From Octopus bimaculoides (taxonomy: Eukaryota): a stretch of DNA of 64,000 nt. This document shows positions 38,356 to 51,652 of this stretch, piece after piece (positions within the stretch are counted from its first letter, which is position 1; the number at the start of each line of letters is the position of its first letter). The DNA lies in NCBI RefSeq assembly GCF_001194135.2, contig NC_068998.1, forward strand, positions 39,235,609 through 39,299,608. Reading direction: 5' to 3'. The translations under genes were made by a program, and so were the position numbers. The notes beneath the pieces were generated by a model. That model saw only the letters and a list, made by a program, of their open reading frames with translations, searched no databases and was not told where the DNA came from.

Positions 38356-39613
38356 GTAAGTATGTCAGTTGTCTTCTTGATGTTTCAGCTTCAAATATCT
38401 CACTTTCATTTTAGTTTTATATTTTTCTCAATGTACTATGGAATGGTATCGTGCAATGGTTGTGAACACTTCAGTGTAGTGGTAGTATAGCTCCTTATTT
38501 TATGTGGTAGTGGTAGGATTTTTCCTTTGGTGTTGGTGGGCTCTTCTTCGTGATAGTAGTGTTAGTAGTAGTAATAAGCTTCTTTACAGTGATGTTGGTC
38601 ATGGTGATGGTATTAGTTGGCGGTGTGTGCTGATGCCATGTAAAATGCACTGGTGCTGGTGCCACATAAAAGGCATTTGTGATGCTGCCATATAAAAAGC
38701 ACTGGTGCTGGTGCCACTTAAAAGCACCTAGTACACTTTGTAAAGTAGTTAGCATTAGGAAAGACATCCAGCTGTAGAAACCAAACCAAAACAGACTATA
38801 GAACCTGGTGTGGCTCCTGGCCTTGCCAGTTTTGTCAAGCCATCCGGTCCATGCCAGTATGGAAAACAGATGTCAAATGATGATGATGAAGATGATGATG
38901 ACGCCATTAATCTGACCTGTCAGAAAGAGAGACTTGAAGTCCATATGTTCTGGTTTCCCTTCTTTGTAAACTTATTTATAGAATCATGTTATAGTGTCTC
39001 TAGAGAGGAAACACTGGAGTGATTTCTTGTTGGTTTTCTTCACACAGGTATGAAGTTTAATATATTTAAGAGAAATAATTCAGCTTTGCCTTTCATCCTG
39101 CCAGGGTCAATAAAATTTAATGCAAGAAGGTACTAGATATAATTTAATGAACTGATGCATGTCTCCTAGACTTCTTGAAGCAAGAGACTACAGCCATGAA
39201 TCCTTCTTGGTGTTGCTTTTGGTGTTGAGTCTCATGGAGGCGATAACAAGTGACCTGAGATTTTTGACAATTTGCTATGCTTGAAAAGACACATCAAGCT
39301 AAGTGAAATCATAGTCGTGGCCTGTGCCAGTGACAAATGAAAGGCGCCTGTGCCAGTGACATGTAAATGGCACCAGGTACACTCTGTGGAGCGGTTGGTG
39401 TCAGGAAGAGCATCCAGCCGTAGAAACCGAGCCAAAACAGGCTGGAGTCTGGTGTAACTCTCTGGCTTACCAGTTCCAGTCAAATCATCTACCCATGCCA
39501 GCATGGAAAACAGATGCTAAATGATGATGATTTACTATAGGATTACTGTATTTCTTCTGTTATGAGGTGAACTTTCTCAAGGTACTCTGTGGCATTATTT
39601 TACCCATATATAA

Positions 39614-39785
39614 GGTGGCAAGCTGGCAGAATCGTTAGCATGCCGAATGAAATGCTTAGCATTATTTCGTCTGCCGTTATGTTCTGAGTTCAAATTCTGC
39701 CAAGGTCGACTTTGCCTTTCATCCTTTCAGGGTTGATGAATTAGGTACCAACGAAACATTGGGGTCAATATAATCGACTTGTCCC
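39614..39785 (+). mobile_element. SINE family B (head GGC.AGCTGGCAGAATCGTTAGC)
   Basis: Recurrent GTTCTGAGTTCAAATTC.GCC.AGGTCGACTTTGCCTTTCATCC core. Other copies (approximate): 12310-12480(-), 15010-15230(+), 28735-28912(-), 31570-31670(+), 34230-34400(+), 34875-35090(+), 37945-38155(+), 41810-42025(-), 43020-43230(+), 50845-51010(+), 57415-57615(+). Confidence 0.8.
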
Positions 39786-39915
39786 TTTGATGATATATAA
39801 GTTATATAATTTTATTTATTTCATCCCGTTATCTGCTAGGCAGCTGTTTCTATTAACTGTTTTTTATTGATTTGTTTCACTTTCAGTCTTTTATAATTGC
39901 TTGCTTTCATCATAG

Positions 39916-40102
39916 ATGGTATAGCTCGGGCTGGTGCCAGTGGCTTTAATGAACTCCGCAACGCTGTCTTTGCCAAAGTATCACACAATTCCATACGAGA
40001 AGTTGCTCGCAATGTATTTCTTCATTTACACAATTTGGATCTGAACTTCCATCTCAGTCGCCAGACTGGTGCCTTATCTAAAGCCATCGACAGAGGAACC
40101 AG
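39916..40102 (+). CDS. ABCB7: ABCB7 exon 4
   Basis: catAG|(Y)[61 protein letters not shown]+AG|GTAAG; hallmark Atm1/ABCB7 transmembrane-domain sequence. Confidence 0.97.
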
Positions 40103-40689
40103 GTAAGTGGTAGCTTTCTTTTCCTTAAGAAATAATTTTCTTCATGAATGTATTTAGTTGTACATCTTCAGCTTAATTCAAGTAAATTAAGACATAATAT
40201 ATCCTATAAATTATGGTTAGACAGATTATTGTTTAACTCCAATTAGCCCTGATATAGATTAAGGTTTACCTCTTGTAAACTCCATGGGTTTGATTACAGA
40301 ATAACCCCAGTCAGCAAAAGAGGAGTGAGAGTGCTGTAAGTTAGTCCCATAAATCCATTTTGGTCATAGTCTTATGGTGGGGATGGGGGAATACACGCTG
40401 GAGTTGTTCCCCATTATCTTCTCCATGCCAACAGATGGCCTTGAATTCAACACTGTTGACATACAAAACACTTGTTTATTTTGCAGTGTTTTCATTGTTT
40501 AAAGCAAGTTGTTGCTTCTGGTAAATAGTTAATGTATAAGTGGAATGGGAGATATGAGTGTTTTAGTTACAGACACAATTTGAGTACAAGAGACTAGACA
40601 TGAATCACTACTCCTTTGGGTGGTTGTCTGCTATTCTGTTGAGCTAGCCACCCCTTTTCCTTTTATTGCCACTGCTATATATATATATA

Positions 40690-41050
40690 ATATAATGAAT
40701 TTATTGTATACAGTGCTCAGGTGCACCACATCTCATCAGAAAATGTTTCCAAAAATTGCATGAACAGTACATAAAATATGCACAGGAGGTGAACAGTGAA
40801 TAAGTCTTTAAAAAAAAGCCGTTTAGTGGGGATCATCAGGTGTATGTTGGCGAATTTCAGGAAGCACGAAAATTTTGAAGGATGTAGTGACCCGACTGCT
40901 AACAACTGATGTAGGAATTTTATTCCATGCTTCAGCAATTCTGAACGTGAAAAAATGTTTCTGAAGGTCATGGGTGTTGTATTGTTTTTTTGATTTTGTA
41001 AGCATGTTCATGAGTATTAGAAATATGGAATTCAAAAAGGTGCCCAAGGC
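40690..41050 (-). mobile_element. CR1-type LINE 3' end fragment
   Basis: KHFFTFRIAEAWNKIPTSVVSSRVTTSFK matches the CR1 C-terminal FFS.RVV..WN.LP..VV.A.S...FK motif. Confidence 0.75.
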
Positions 41051-42205
41051 TGGAGTTGGGAAAATGGTGGATTAGGCATACCACTAACTTAGTACTATTA
41101 TATCCGTATGCTTCACTTTGTTTAATAATTAAATGTTTGCCATTCAAGTCTCATTTAAGTGGCAATGATGTCATCATTTAATGTCCATGTTCCATGCTGG
41201 CATTGGTTGGATAGTTTGTCAGGGTCCACTGGGTCCAAGTTCTGCATTGTTCTCCAGTGCCAGCTTTTGTATGGTTTGTAAGGTTGGATGCTCATCCTGT
41301 TGTATCTTAATTTGTTCATACAATAAATAAGATAACCAGACAATAGTAAAAACAATGTAATGAACTAACAAAGTGGAGGTGCAATGGCCCAGTGGTTAGG
41401 GCAGCAGACACGTAGTCGGAGGATCGTGGTTTTGATTTCCAGACCAGGCGTTGTGTGTGTTTATTGAGCGAAAACACCTAAGAGATTGCACCTAGAAAGT
41501 TACCCTCCCAGGCACAAGTCCAGACAAGGTTGTTTATGGAAGACCGGTAGTTGCCCATGCATACCGGCCTCCCCTCTCCACACCACCAGTGTTAACCAAG
41601 AGAAAGGCAAAGGCCGATACAGCTTGGCACCTGTGATGTTGCAACTCATTACTACAGCTGAGTGAACTGGAGCAACGTGAAATGAAGTGTCTTGCTCAAG
41701 AACACAACACACAGACCGGTTCGAGATTCGCACTTACAACCTCATGATTGTAAGCTCGACGCTCTAACCACTGAGCCATGTGCCTTCAATACCTCAATGA
41801 TAATAATAATAATCCTTTCTACTATAGGCAGAAGGCTTGAAATTTGGGGGAAGAGGATAGTCAATGACATTGACCCAATATTCAACTGGCACTTATTTTA
41901 TCCACCCCAAAAGAACAAAAGGCAAAGTTGACCTCGGCAGAATTTGAACTCAGAGGGTAAAGATGGATGAAATACCTCTAAGCATTTAGCCCAGCATGCT
42001 AACAATTCTACCAGCACACTGCCTTAGAAAACAGTGCACATATTGAACCGTAAAAACAATTGATCTAACAAAACCATCCTACCCATATTAACTTAAACAA
42101 ATTGATTTAAACAGAAAAAACACAGAAATCTGGTGGGTCTTTTCCCACAGAAACATCAGCTGTTGTAATTCTATTCTTGTTTTTTTCTTCTTTTTTTTAT
42201 TATAG

Positions 42206-42287
42206 AGGCATCAATTTCACATTAACTGCTTTAGTCTTCAATGTGGTACCCACAACCTTTGAAGTTGCTTTAGTCAGCAGTATTTTG
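42206..42287 (+). CDS. ABCB7: ABCB7 exon 5
   Basis: tattatAG|(R)GINFTLTALVFNVVPTTFEVALVSSIL|GTAAG. Confidence 0.95.
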
Positions 42288-43278
42288 GTAAGTGGCATGT
42301 TCTTAAGTTTTCATAAGTTTGGTTTTTAACAACCTTAATTCCATTGGACAACACTTTGGTCAGGTTTCTTCTGCAATAGCCTTGCATTGAAGAATTCTTT
42401 GGAAATGAAATTTGGTTGACAGCTACTGTGTGGAAGCCTGTTTTGTGTGTGTGTATGTAGCTTTTATCTTTTACTTGTTTCAGTCGTTAGACTATGGCGA
42501 TGCTGAGGACCCCTTGGAGAATTTTTAGTCAAATGAATCGACTCCAGTACCTTTTTTTTTCAAAGCCTAGTACTTATTCTGTTGGATTTTTTACCAAACC
42601 ACATATGTTACAGGGGCATAAACACTCCGACACTGGCTGTCAAGCAGTAGCAAGTGGACAAATGCAGACACACTTTCACACACACACACACACACACAAA
42701 CAATGGGCTTCTTTCAGTTTCCATCAAACAAATCCACTTGCAAGGCTTTGGTTGGCTCAAGGCTTTAGCAGAAGACACTTGCCCAAGGTGTCACGCAGTC
42801 ATACTGAACCTGGAACCATGTGGTTGGGAAGCAGTTAAGGGGTGTGCTTCACAAACATATGTTTCTGGATAAAATTCTACTGAATGGTATGTAAGTTGAG
42901 GGAGATTTGACTGCTATTTCTAGCAAACCAAGTAACAACCGAGAGGCTCCCTTATTGGCTTGTAACAGCAACACCTGATGTATTAACTAATTAAAGATAG
43001 CAATAGTGAATGTAAATAAGGCAGTGAGCTGGCAGAATCATTTGCATGCTGGGCAAAATGCTTATCAACATTGTCTGTCTTTATATTCTGAGTTCAAATT
43101 CAACCTGGTACTACTTTGCTTTTCATCCTTTCAGGGTTGATAATATAAGTACCAGTTAAGCATTAGGGCTGATGTAATTGACTTACCCCCACCCCACCCA
43201 AATTGCTGGCCTTGTGGCAAAATTTGAAACCAAAATTCAATGTAAATATTGAACATGTTTTTTTCTTCGTTTTTACAG

Positions 43279-43367
43279 AATTACAAATGTGGGGGACAGT
43301 TCACTTTAGTCACCTTGGGTTGTATTGGCTCATATGCAGTTTTTACATTTCTGATAACCCAATGGAG
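43279..43367 (+). CDS. ABCB7: ABCB7 exon 6
   Basis: ttttacAG|[29 protein letters not shown]+AG|GTAAG. Confidence 0.95.
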
Positions 43368-44379
43368 GTAAGTTTCACTATCAATCTCTCCATCTTCTGT
43401 TTAGTGTTACTTCTAAATGACTTTGTCATTTGGTGATTTCACACCTGATATCTTTTACTTGATTCAGTCATAAGACTACAGCCATGCTGGAGTACTGTCT
43501 TGAAGAACTTTTTGTCAAATAAATCGACTCTAGTATTTATTTATTTTTTGTTAAGCCTGGTACTTATTCTGTCAGTCTCTTTTTTGCGAAACCACTAAGG
43601 TACAGGAACATAAAAACACCAACACTGGTTGTCAAGCATTGGTCAGGGACAAACACACGCACACACACACACACACATACACACACATATATTCGATGGG
43701 CTTCTTTCGGTTTCTGTCTACCAAATCCACTCACAAGGCTCTCTTTGGTTGGCCTGAGCCTATAGTAGAAGACACTTGCCCAAGTTGTCACACAGTGGGA
43801 CTGAACCCAGAACCATGTGGTTAGAGACCAAGCTTCTTATCACACCACCATGCCTAATATATGTTGTTTCTCACAATTAAGATGATTGTTAAGATGTTGA
43901 CTAGACTTATTTTTTCAGTAAAAAAGACAGATTCAATGTTGGCTTACTGGAGAAAATTTGTTTTGTTCAGATGTAAAATCTGTTCATATAATTCTAGTCT
44001 AATATGATTGGATTTCTGCACCAGGTTCTAGTCTAATATGATTGGATTTCTACATCTCGATGCCCTTTCTAACGCCAACCACTTTACATTGTATGCTGGG
44101 TGCTTTTAATGCGGCATGAGCACTTTTACATGGTACCAGCATATTTTATAGTATTTTTATGCACACTTTGACATTTAAGCATTAGAAGGAGCATTTTATT
44201 AAATTTTAAAAGCAAACTTTCTTTTGGCTTTGAGTTTAAATGCTTTTCACATTACACATTATTACAGCTTGTAAAATATAATTTAGTATATAAAATAAAT
44301 AATTTTACTGATTGTTTCTAAAGTAAATGTTTATGTATTCTCATAATGGTTTTATGATTTGTTTCTCTGTTATTTACAG

Positions 44380-44467
44380 AACAAAATTCCGGGTTTTAAT
44401 GAACAAAGCTGATCAAGAAGCTGGTACAAAAGCTATTGATTCTTTGATTAATTATGAAACTGTCAAG
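44380..44467 (+). CDS. ABCB7: ABCB7 exon 7
   Basis: tatttacAG|(R)[29 protein letters not shown]|GTAAG; conserved DSL.NYETVK. Confidence 0.97.
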
Positions 44468-45143
44468 GTAAGAAAACATTTCTCAATGGAGTGATTTGGA
44501 GCCTGCAATGACTGAAAAAACAATATTTTAACTATATCAGAGATGTGATGCTATGTGATAGTCACTTTGCTATGTAGTTTAGCTTAAGGCCAGTTGTGAT
44601 AAAACAGTCAAATGAACAAAGGCATTCTTGCTAGGCCCATCCTGTCTTTTTATGGGTGTCTAGGAATACATTAGCTAAAATGTCCTTTGCTTTTACAAAG
44701 CATCAGCATGTGATCTGAAAGAAATTTGACTGTTTTTTTTTTGTGTCTGGTTGAATGATCACAGAAAAGCTCTCTCATTGGCTTGTATGATGTATGTGTT
44801 TTCATATGGTGTGATTTCATAAGTTAGAGAAATAGCCTTACTCTCTCATATTATTTTTATATATAGTGTATCTAAGGTTCCATGTCAAATGTGTTCCCTT
44901 TTGAGACTGTTAGACTTTGAGAGATATTTGACTGTTATTTCATGCAAATCAAGTGACTAAGTAAAGAACCCCTTGTCGATAAGTCACAAAGAGAGTAGAT
45001 GACTAACACTTTATGATGTATGTCTCAGAAGTTTAATCTGCTATAGTAATGGGTTAGAGGGGAAAAAAATAGCTGAGAATTTACGTTGACTGGAGTGACT
45101 ATAACATGTCAGATGTATGAAACTGTATTGAAGTGAAAATTAA

Positions 45144-45362
45144 CCTTTATTATTTAAACTGGCCATATCTGGCCTAAATATTCTACCTGTTTTGTGTTCA
45201 AACTGGCCATAACTGGTTTCTCACACCTACCCTAAAATGTCATTCTTGAAATAAACAACCACATCATTGAAATCTTGAAGCTCTGAGATAATGCAAGATT
45301 AATTCAAAGCAATTCTGAATAAATAAGCATTACATTGATAGGGTAATCTGAATGCTAAAGGG
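45144..45362 (-). mobile_element. piggyBac-type MITE copy
   Basis: Reverse copy of the family, TTAA at 45140-45143 and 45363-45366. Confidence 0.75.
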
Positions 45363-45445
45363 TTAAGGATCCACTTACTGAATGGAATGTATGAGGGCTG
45401 TGTCTATAATGTATGTTAATTAATGTAAATGACTCAGTGTAAGGT

Positions 45446-45477
<32 letters not shown>

Positions 45478-45711
45478 ATTAAGCATGTTTTTTTCATGTG
45501 ATCCTGCATTGCAGTATAGGTAGTGAAACAAGGAATCTAAAGTGATATGAAAGGTGCTTATTATAATTTGCCAATTTTATGGTGTATCACAGTAAAATTA
45601 GAGGGCATATAGTGATTTAATAGTTGTGCATGTGTATCTGTCTATCAGTGTTATGCATTTATTTATTTGTATGCATGTTACAACTTTTTAAATACCATTT
45701 CTTTATTGCAG

Positions 45712-45886
45712 TATTTCAACAATGAGTGGTACGAAGCTAAGAAGTATGATATTCTGTTGGGCAACTATGAAAAGGCCTCCTTGAAAACAACAACGAGTTT
45801 GGCTGCTCTGAACTGGGGACAAAATGCCATCTTCAGTGTAGGCTTGACAGCCATTATGTACTTGGCTAGCAAAAATGTTTTGAATG
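45712..45886 (+). CDS. ABCB7: ABCB7 exon 8
   Basis: ctttattgcAG|[58 protein letters not shown]+G|GTAAG. Confidence 0.97.
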
Positions 45887-47283
45887 GTAAGATTCTTTAA
45901 CTTACACAAGATGAACATTCACAGATCCCTTAACAAATTTATTGTTACTGACTTTCCCTACTACTATTTCCTTGTCTGATTCCACTGTCTTTACAAACTT
46001 GAACTATTGCCATTACTTATCTATTTCATATTGTTGCATTTTGTGAACAATAGTTTACCAATGACTAGTCACAAGTTCAATACATTTTTGCGATGAAAGT
46101 GACAGAGGGTTGTCTCTAACTGGGGAGAAACAAATATCATAAGGGATTTTTCTACAAAAGCTCTGATTTATTGGTTTTATTGATTTATTGGGCAATATAC
46201 AACATCAAAAGATATAAACATCTATATGCCAGATTTTTTCTGTGATACTCATTTGCCCTTATTTTACTCTTAATTTTTATTCTTATTTCTATCTTTTATC
46301 TTTTACTTGTTTCAGTCATTAGAGAGAGAGAGACACACACACACACACACACGCAGAGCTTCTTTCAGTTTCCATCTACCAAATTCACTTACAAGGCTTT
46401 GGTCAGCCTGGAGCTATAATAAAAGACACTTGCCCAAGGTGCCACATAGTGGGACTGGAACCTGAAACCATATAGTTGGGAAGCAAGCTTCTCATCATAC
46501 AGCCAAATCTGTGCCAATGAGTATACATGATTTACAGTACTGAGTTTTTAATTTTTATTCAACCCACCTCAGTGTTTATATATTTTGCCTTTATAGTTAA
46601 TCACTTTTATCCAACAGAATCCCGTTATTTTGAAAATTAATTTCCCATAGAATAAACATTTAAAGATGATTAGCTTTAAATGTTTATTCTATGAGTTAGT
46701 AACCATAAATACTTATAAATACTTATAAATACTTATAAAGTACTGCATTGTTCTGAATACTCACGATTGTCTGATGATTGGTTCATGAAACTTTGAGTAA
46801 CAGTCATGAAGTCTTTTCAGCTTCAATGAAATTTTATTTTTCTCAATCTTTGGTATTCAAGTGTGATTTTTTTTCCACATTGGTTTGCTCGTGTGTGTGT
46901 GTGTCATGGTGTGTCATAGTTTCTTATTCCTCCAGTCTGTGTTCTACTTAGTTGAAGGATCTTATCTTGTAGGTGCTTGACAACCTTAAAAGTGCTGGTG
47001 CCACAGAAAAAGCACCTAGTACTCTCTGTTAAGTGGTTGGCATTAGGAATGGCATCCAGCTGTAGAAACCATGCCAAAGGAAACAGAATCTAGCAGAAGC
47101 TTCTGGTTCATCTGTTCTTGTCAAACTGCTCAACACATACCAGTATGGGAAAAAAAGGACATTAAACGATGATGATGATGACGATGACAACATATATATA
47201 TAATTTAGATAAAGGGATAGATAAATATACACATACATTTATTCACTTTTCCTAAAAGCACCAATTATTTCCCCATTTTCTAG

Positions 47284-47441
47284 GCACAATGACTGTCGGA
47301 GATATCGTAATGGTAAATGGATTGCTTTTCCAGCTATCCTTACCACTTAACTTTCTGGGATCAGTCTATAGAGAGATCCGGCAGGCTCTCATTGATATGC
47401 AAACTATGTTTAGCCTGCTTAATTTGGAATCTGCTGTAAAG
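47284..47441 (+). CDS. ABCB7: ABCB7 exon 9
   Basis: attttctAG|(G)[52 protein letters not shown]|GTAAAC. Confidence 0.97.
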
Positions 47442-47597
47442 GTAAACATTTCCATATTTTCCGAATGAAACTTTTCTCTCTCTCTCTCTTTCTCTATCCT
47501 CTACTCCTTTTTTTCCTTCTCTGTCCTCTACTCTTCTCATTCGTTCTCTATCCTCTATTCTTTCTCTCTCTCTCATCTACTCCTTTCTTTCTCTATC

Positions 47598-47628
<31 letters not shown>

Positions 47629-48741
47629 TTGGTGGTTATAGTTTGTTGAATGTGTGATATTGGATGAACTTGGAAAAACTGGATTGAGGCTGATGGAGCT
47701 TAGATGTTAGAAACAAATATTGACCAATGTCTTTTCCTATTTTGTTTTATTTTTCGAAATTGCTTAGTAAAGAGGGTAAGGCAGTACTCCTGACACCCTA
47801 ATTACAGGTCCTGCAAGACTAACAAGAGGAAAGAAGGTATCTCCAAATTTGAGACCTGTCCCAAATGCTTGCAACAGAGTGGATGCCACTATAGGCACCT
47901 AAGGACCAGGTGATACCACTCAAGTATTATTTGAACTCAGAGCACAAAGGGCTGGAACAAATGCCACAGAGCATCTTGTTTGAGAATTCAACAAGTCCTA
48001 GACTATCCTAGACTGATACTTAATTATTACCAATACAAGGATAGAAGTTGATCTTGGCAGGATTTGAAGCCAGAATGCAAGAAGCTGAGCTGTCGTTTCA
48101 TCCAATATTTTAATAGTTCTGCCTGTTTGTCACTTTTGATAGAGATGACAGTGTTGATGATGTGGTTTGTTGGCGTGACGATGTTCTGATGTGAATATAT
48201 GAGAAGGAGCTTAGATGATACATGTGGAATGAAATAAGTTAAGTGGCTGACGGAAGACAGGATAATAATGTTGATAATGATGTAGATGGTGTTCATCATC
48301 ATCATTTAATACTTGTTTTCCATGCTGGCATGGATTGGATGGTTTGACAGGGGCTGGCTTGGCAGAAGACTGCACCAGGCTTCACTGTCTGTTTTGGGAT
48401 GGGTTTTACAGCTGGATGACCTTCCTAACACCAACCACCTTACAAAGTGGACAGTGCTTGTAAGGTGGCACCAACACATAAAAAGAACTAATGATAACAT
48501 AGATGTTGTTGGTGTTGCTGGTGAAGTTATAGCTTATGGATTAGTAGTAGTGGTGCTAATAGCAGCAGAAGTAGCAGTAGTAGTAGTGGTGGTGGTGGTA
48601 GTAGTAGTAGTGGTGGTGGTGGTAGTGGTAGTAGTAGTAGTGGTAGTGTTGGTGATGATGATAGTGTTATAGGTGATTGTTATTTTGATAATGGTAGTAG
48701 TGACAGTATGGTGATGCTTCTTGGAATTAATTTCTTTGTAG

Positions 48742-48905
48742 AATGCAGAAACAGCTCCTACCCTTGATGTTTCTTCGGAAAATTCATCCATAACATTTCA
48801 AGATGTCTACTTTGAGTATGTCCCCGGACGTGCTATATTTAACAATTTGACTTTCACTGTACCCGCTGGCAAGAAAATTGCTATCGTTGGTGGTAGTGGC
48901 AGTGG
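48742..48905 (+). CDS. ABCB7: ABCB7 exon 10 (Walker A start)
   Basis: ttctttgtAG|[54 protein letters not shown]+GG|GTAAG. Confidence 0.97.
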
Positions 48906-49027
48906 GTAAGTTTTCTCATAATACATCAATATTGAAATACAAGGACTGAGGTGTTTGTTTTAATGTTTTACAAAATAGTTAGAGGATGAGAATGGACAAT
49001 GCCTTTCACCTTTGTTTTATGTATCAC

Positions 49028-49279
49028 ATAACATCATCGTTTGCAGGTCTCTGCTAACCCAGTCACTTCTTCCTTTTTGTTGCAATGACGAGGTTGACAA
49101 GGGAGTATGTATGCAACTTGGACAGAACAATTACCACATGATATTTGTGTTTGATAACATCATTGTTTGCAGGCCTCTAATAACCCAGTCACTTCTTCAT
49201 TGTTGTTACAATGACAAGATTGACAAGGAAGTATGTATGCGACTTGGACAGAACAATTACCACATGATATTTGTGTTTG
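49028..49279 (+). repeat. 126-bp tandem duplication (2 units)
   Basis: ATAACATCAT.GTTTGCAGG...CACATGATATTTGTGTTTG starts at 49028 and again at 49154. Confidence 0.9.
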
Positions 49280-49414
49280 AGAGTAATGAATTTGAACTCA
49301 GAGCATAAAAATAGACAAAATGCTTCTACGCATTTTGCCTTGCTTGTTAACGATTCTGCTAACTTGCCACCTTATCTACATCAGAAATTATTATAAGTTA
49401 GTAATACTGCAGTT

Positions 49415-49487
49415 GCCTTTGTGGCCCAATGGATAAGGCACTGGCCTCTTAAACCGCAGATAGCAGGTTTCATTCCTGTCAAAAGTA
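49415..49487 (+). pseudogene. tRNA-Arg(CCT)-like pseudogene
   Basis: 73 nt GCCTTTGTGGCCCAATGGATAAGGCACTGGCCTCTTAAACCGCAGATAGCAGGTTTCATTCCTGTCAAAAGTA; 5' half nearly identical to metazoan tRNA-Arg-CCT. Anticodon stem mispaired, T-loop/B-box degraded (TTTCATT), anticodon position reads CTT. Confidence 0.75.
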
Positions 49488-49870
49488 AGGTTATGTATTT
49501 GTAAAGGTGGTGCAACAGAATTGCAGCAGCATCAGAGAAATGTTCTCACCAGTGTTTACATCTTTTGCTGACATATATCAGCAAAAGACACACACATGCA
49601 TGCATGCATGCTCACATTGGGCTTCTGGAAAATTTCTGTCCACCAAATTCCATTTATAAGGCATTGTCAACTTGTGGCTATAATAGAAGACACTTGTTAA
49701 AAGTATTGTCGCCATTGAACCTGAGACCATGTGATTGTGAAGTGTACTTCTTTACTAATCTATGCCTAGGAAGTCTTCGAAGACTGGTGAAATTGATATG
49801 GTTCATCTTAATTATTAAACTGTATAATCAAGAGTTCAAATCTTTGCTATAGCCATTCTCTTCAGTTTAA

Positions 49871-50088
49871 CCCTTTAGCATTCAGATTACTTATTCAGTT
49901 AAATGTAATACTTGCTAAGTCACATTGCTTTGAAACAATCATGTATTATCTCATAGCTTCAGGATTTTGATGATGTGGTTGTTTACTTTTAGAATAACAT
50001 TGTAGGGTAGAAGTAAGAGGCTTGATCTGGCTAGTTTCAACATAAAGCAAGTAGAATATAATATATAGCTGGTTTGAATGTTAAAGGG
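49871..50088 (+). mobile_element. piggyBac-type MITE copy
   Basis: TTAA|CCCTTTAGCATT...AATGTTAAAGGG|TTAA. Partial or degraded copies also at ~51155-51278, ~52893-53075 and ~60855-61051. Confidence 0.8.
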
Positions 50089-51522
50089 TTAATAACAGTT
50101 TTAGTTTGGTTCAACTTGAATAAAAAGTCATTGAAAGTTTATGATAATAATAACTATCATTTCTGGTGGTGTGGGAACACTGGTATTGATGAATAAGTGT
50201 TTCTTACATTGGTACAAGATCAGAAATGTGTAGGGAGAAATGTGCGATCGATTGAATCGGCCCCAACATATAAATGCTACATATTTCATTGTTTTTGAAA
50301 AAAGGGGTGAAAGGTAAGGTTGACCTTTGGCAGTAATTATCATAATAATGATGCTTATTTCTAATATTTGCCCAAGGGTTGAAATTTGTGAAAAAAAATG
50401 TGGTGAGAGTTGATTTAATCAATCCCTGTACATGCTTAGCCCTTATTCCATTAACCATGGAAGGCTGAATAGCAAAATCAACTCTAATAGGATTTGAACA
50501 TGAAATGTAGCTGAAAGAAAGTAGATACTATAAGATTTTTAATCTAGCAGTATGCCATTTCTGCTGATAATGGTATTAATAATGATTTCTCACCTAATTG
50601 TGAGGCCAGAAATTTGTTGGTTAGAAATAGTGAATTATATTGAACCTAGTACTTGAATGATACATTGCCTTATCAATGCTGGAAGGATGGAAGAAAAAAT
50701 CAACCTCAGCTGGATTTGAACTCAAAATGTAAAGCTCTGTTATTAACTGCTGCAAAGCATTTTGTCTGAAACTCTAATGATTCTGCCAATTCACTACCCT
50801 TTTATTATTATCATTGTTGTTGTTGTTGTTATTATTATTATTGTGGTGAGCTGGCAGGATTGTTAGCACACCAGGCAAAATGCTTAGCTGCATTTTGTCC
50901 ATCTTTACATTCTGAGTTCAAATTCTGCCGAGGTCAACTTTACCTTTCATTTCTTTCGAGGTCGATAAAACAGGTACCAGATGAGTACTGGGGTTGATGT
51001 AATTGACCCCAGTACAGATAGCTCTGATGTAATTTGAAAAATGGTTTATCTTGTGGCATACTTCAGATATAACAGTAACATGAATGGTTAAAAAAGTTGT
51101 ATACAGAAATCTGAAGCTGTTAAAAAGTTAAGTGATAAAAAAAAAATAACAAGATTGAGATTTTGATGTGATTGTTTATTTTTAGAATGACATTGTATGG
51201 TAAGTGTAAGAGGCTGGATCTGATCAGTTTGAACATAAAACAGGTTGAATATTTGTGGCCAGTTTAAGTACTAAAGGGTTAAAATACATTAAAGAGTAGA
51301 ATAAAAAAATTATGAAATTGTAATGTTCAGATATTTCCCAAAGTCATTATGGGGTGTAAGTGAATAATGAAAATCCTATAAACAGGTACTCAAAATCCTG
51401 TGTATGAAAGTAAAAAACATTAAATGTTACCTGTGGGTATTTGATAATTTCTGTATTTGTTTAATATACATTGGTAATTAATGGAAAATAAACATGAACA
51501 TTTGTTTTTTTATTTTGTCTAG

Positions 51523-51652
51523 AAAGTCTACGATTGTCCGGCTGTTGTACCGTTTCTTTGACCCCCAGAAAGGTTCCATCTCTATAAACAGTCAAGACAT
51601 AAAGACCATCACGTTGGACAGTTTGAGAAAAGCTATCGGTGTTGTTCCACAG
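51523..51652 (+). CDS. ABCB7: ABCB7 exon 11 (Walker A end, Q-loop)
   Basis: ttttgtctAG|(G)[43 protein letters not shown]|GTAAG. Confidence 0.97.

Noticed and set aside
39887-39915. Alternative acceptor (tttcAG) 29 nt upstream of ABCB7 exon 4
   Set aside because: Use would frameshift and hit TAG; the 39916 site restores the conserved YG..RAG motif.
48575-48660. Periodic repeat/spacer-like appearance suggesting CRISPR or other arrays
   Set aside because: Simple trinucleotide repeats; eukaryotic context with no fixed-length repeat-spacer structure anywhere in the window.
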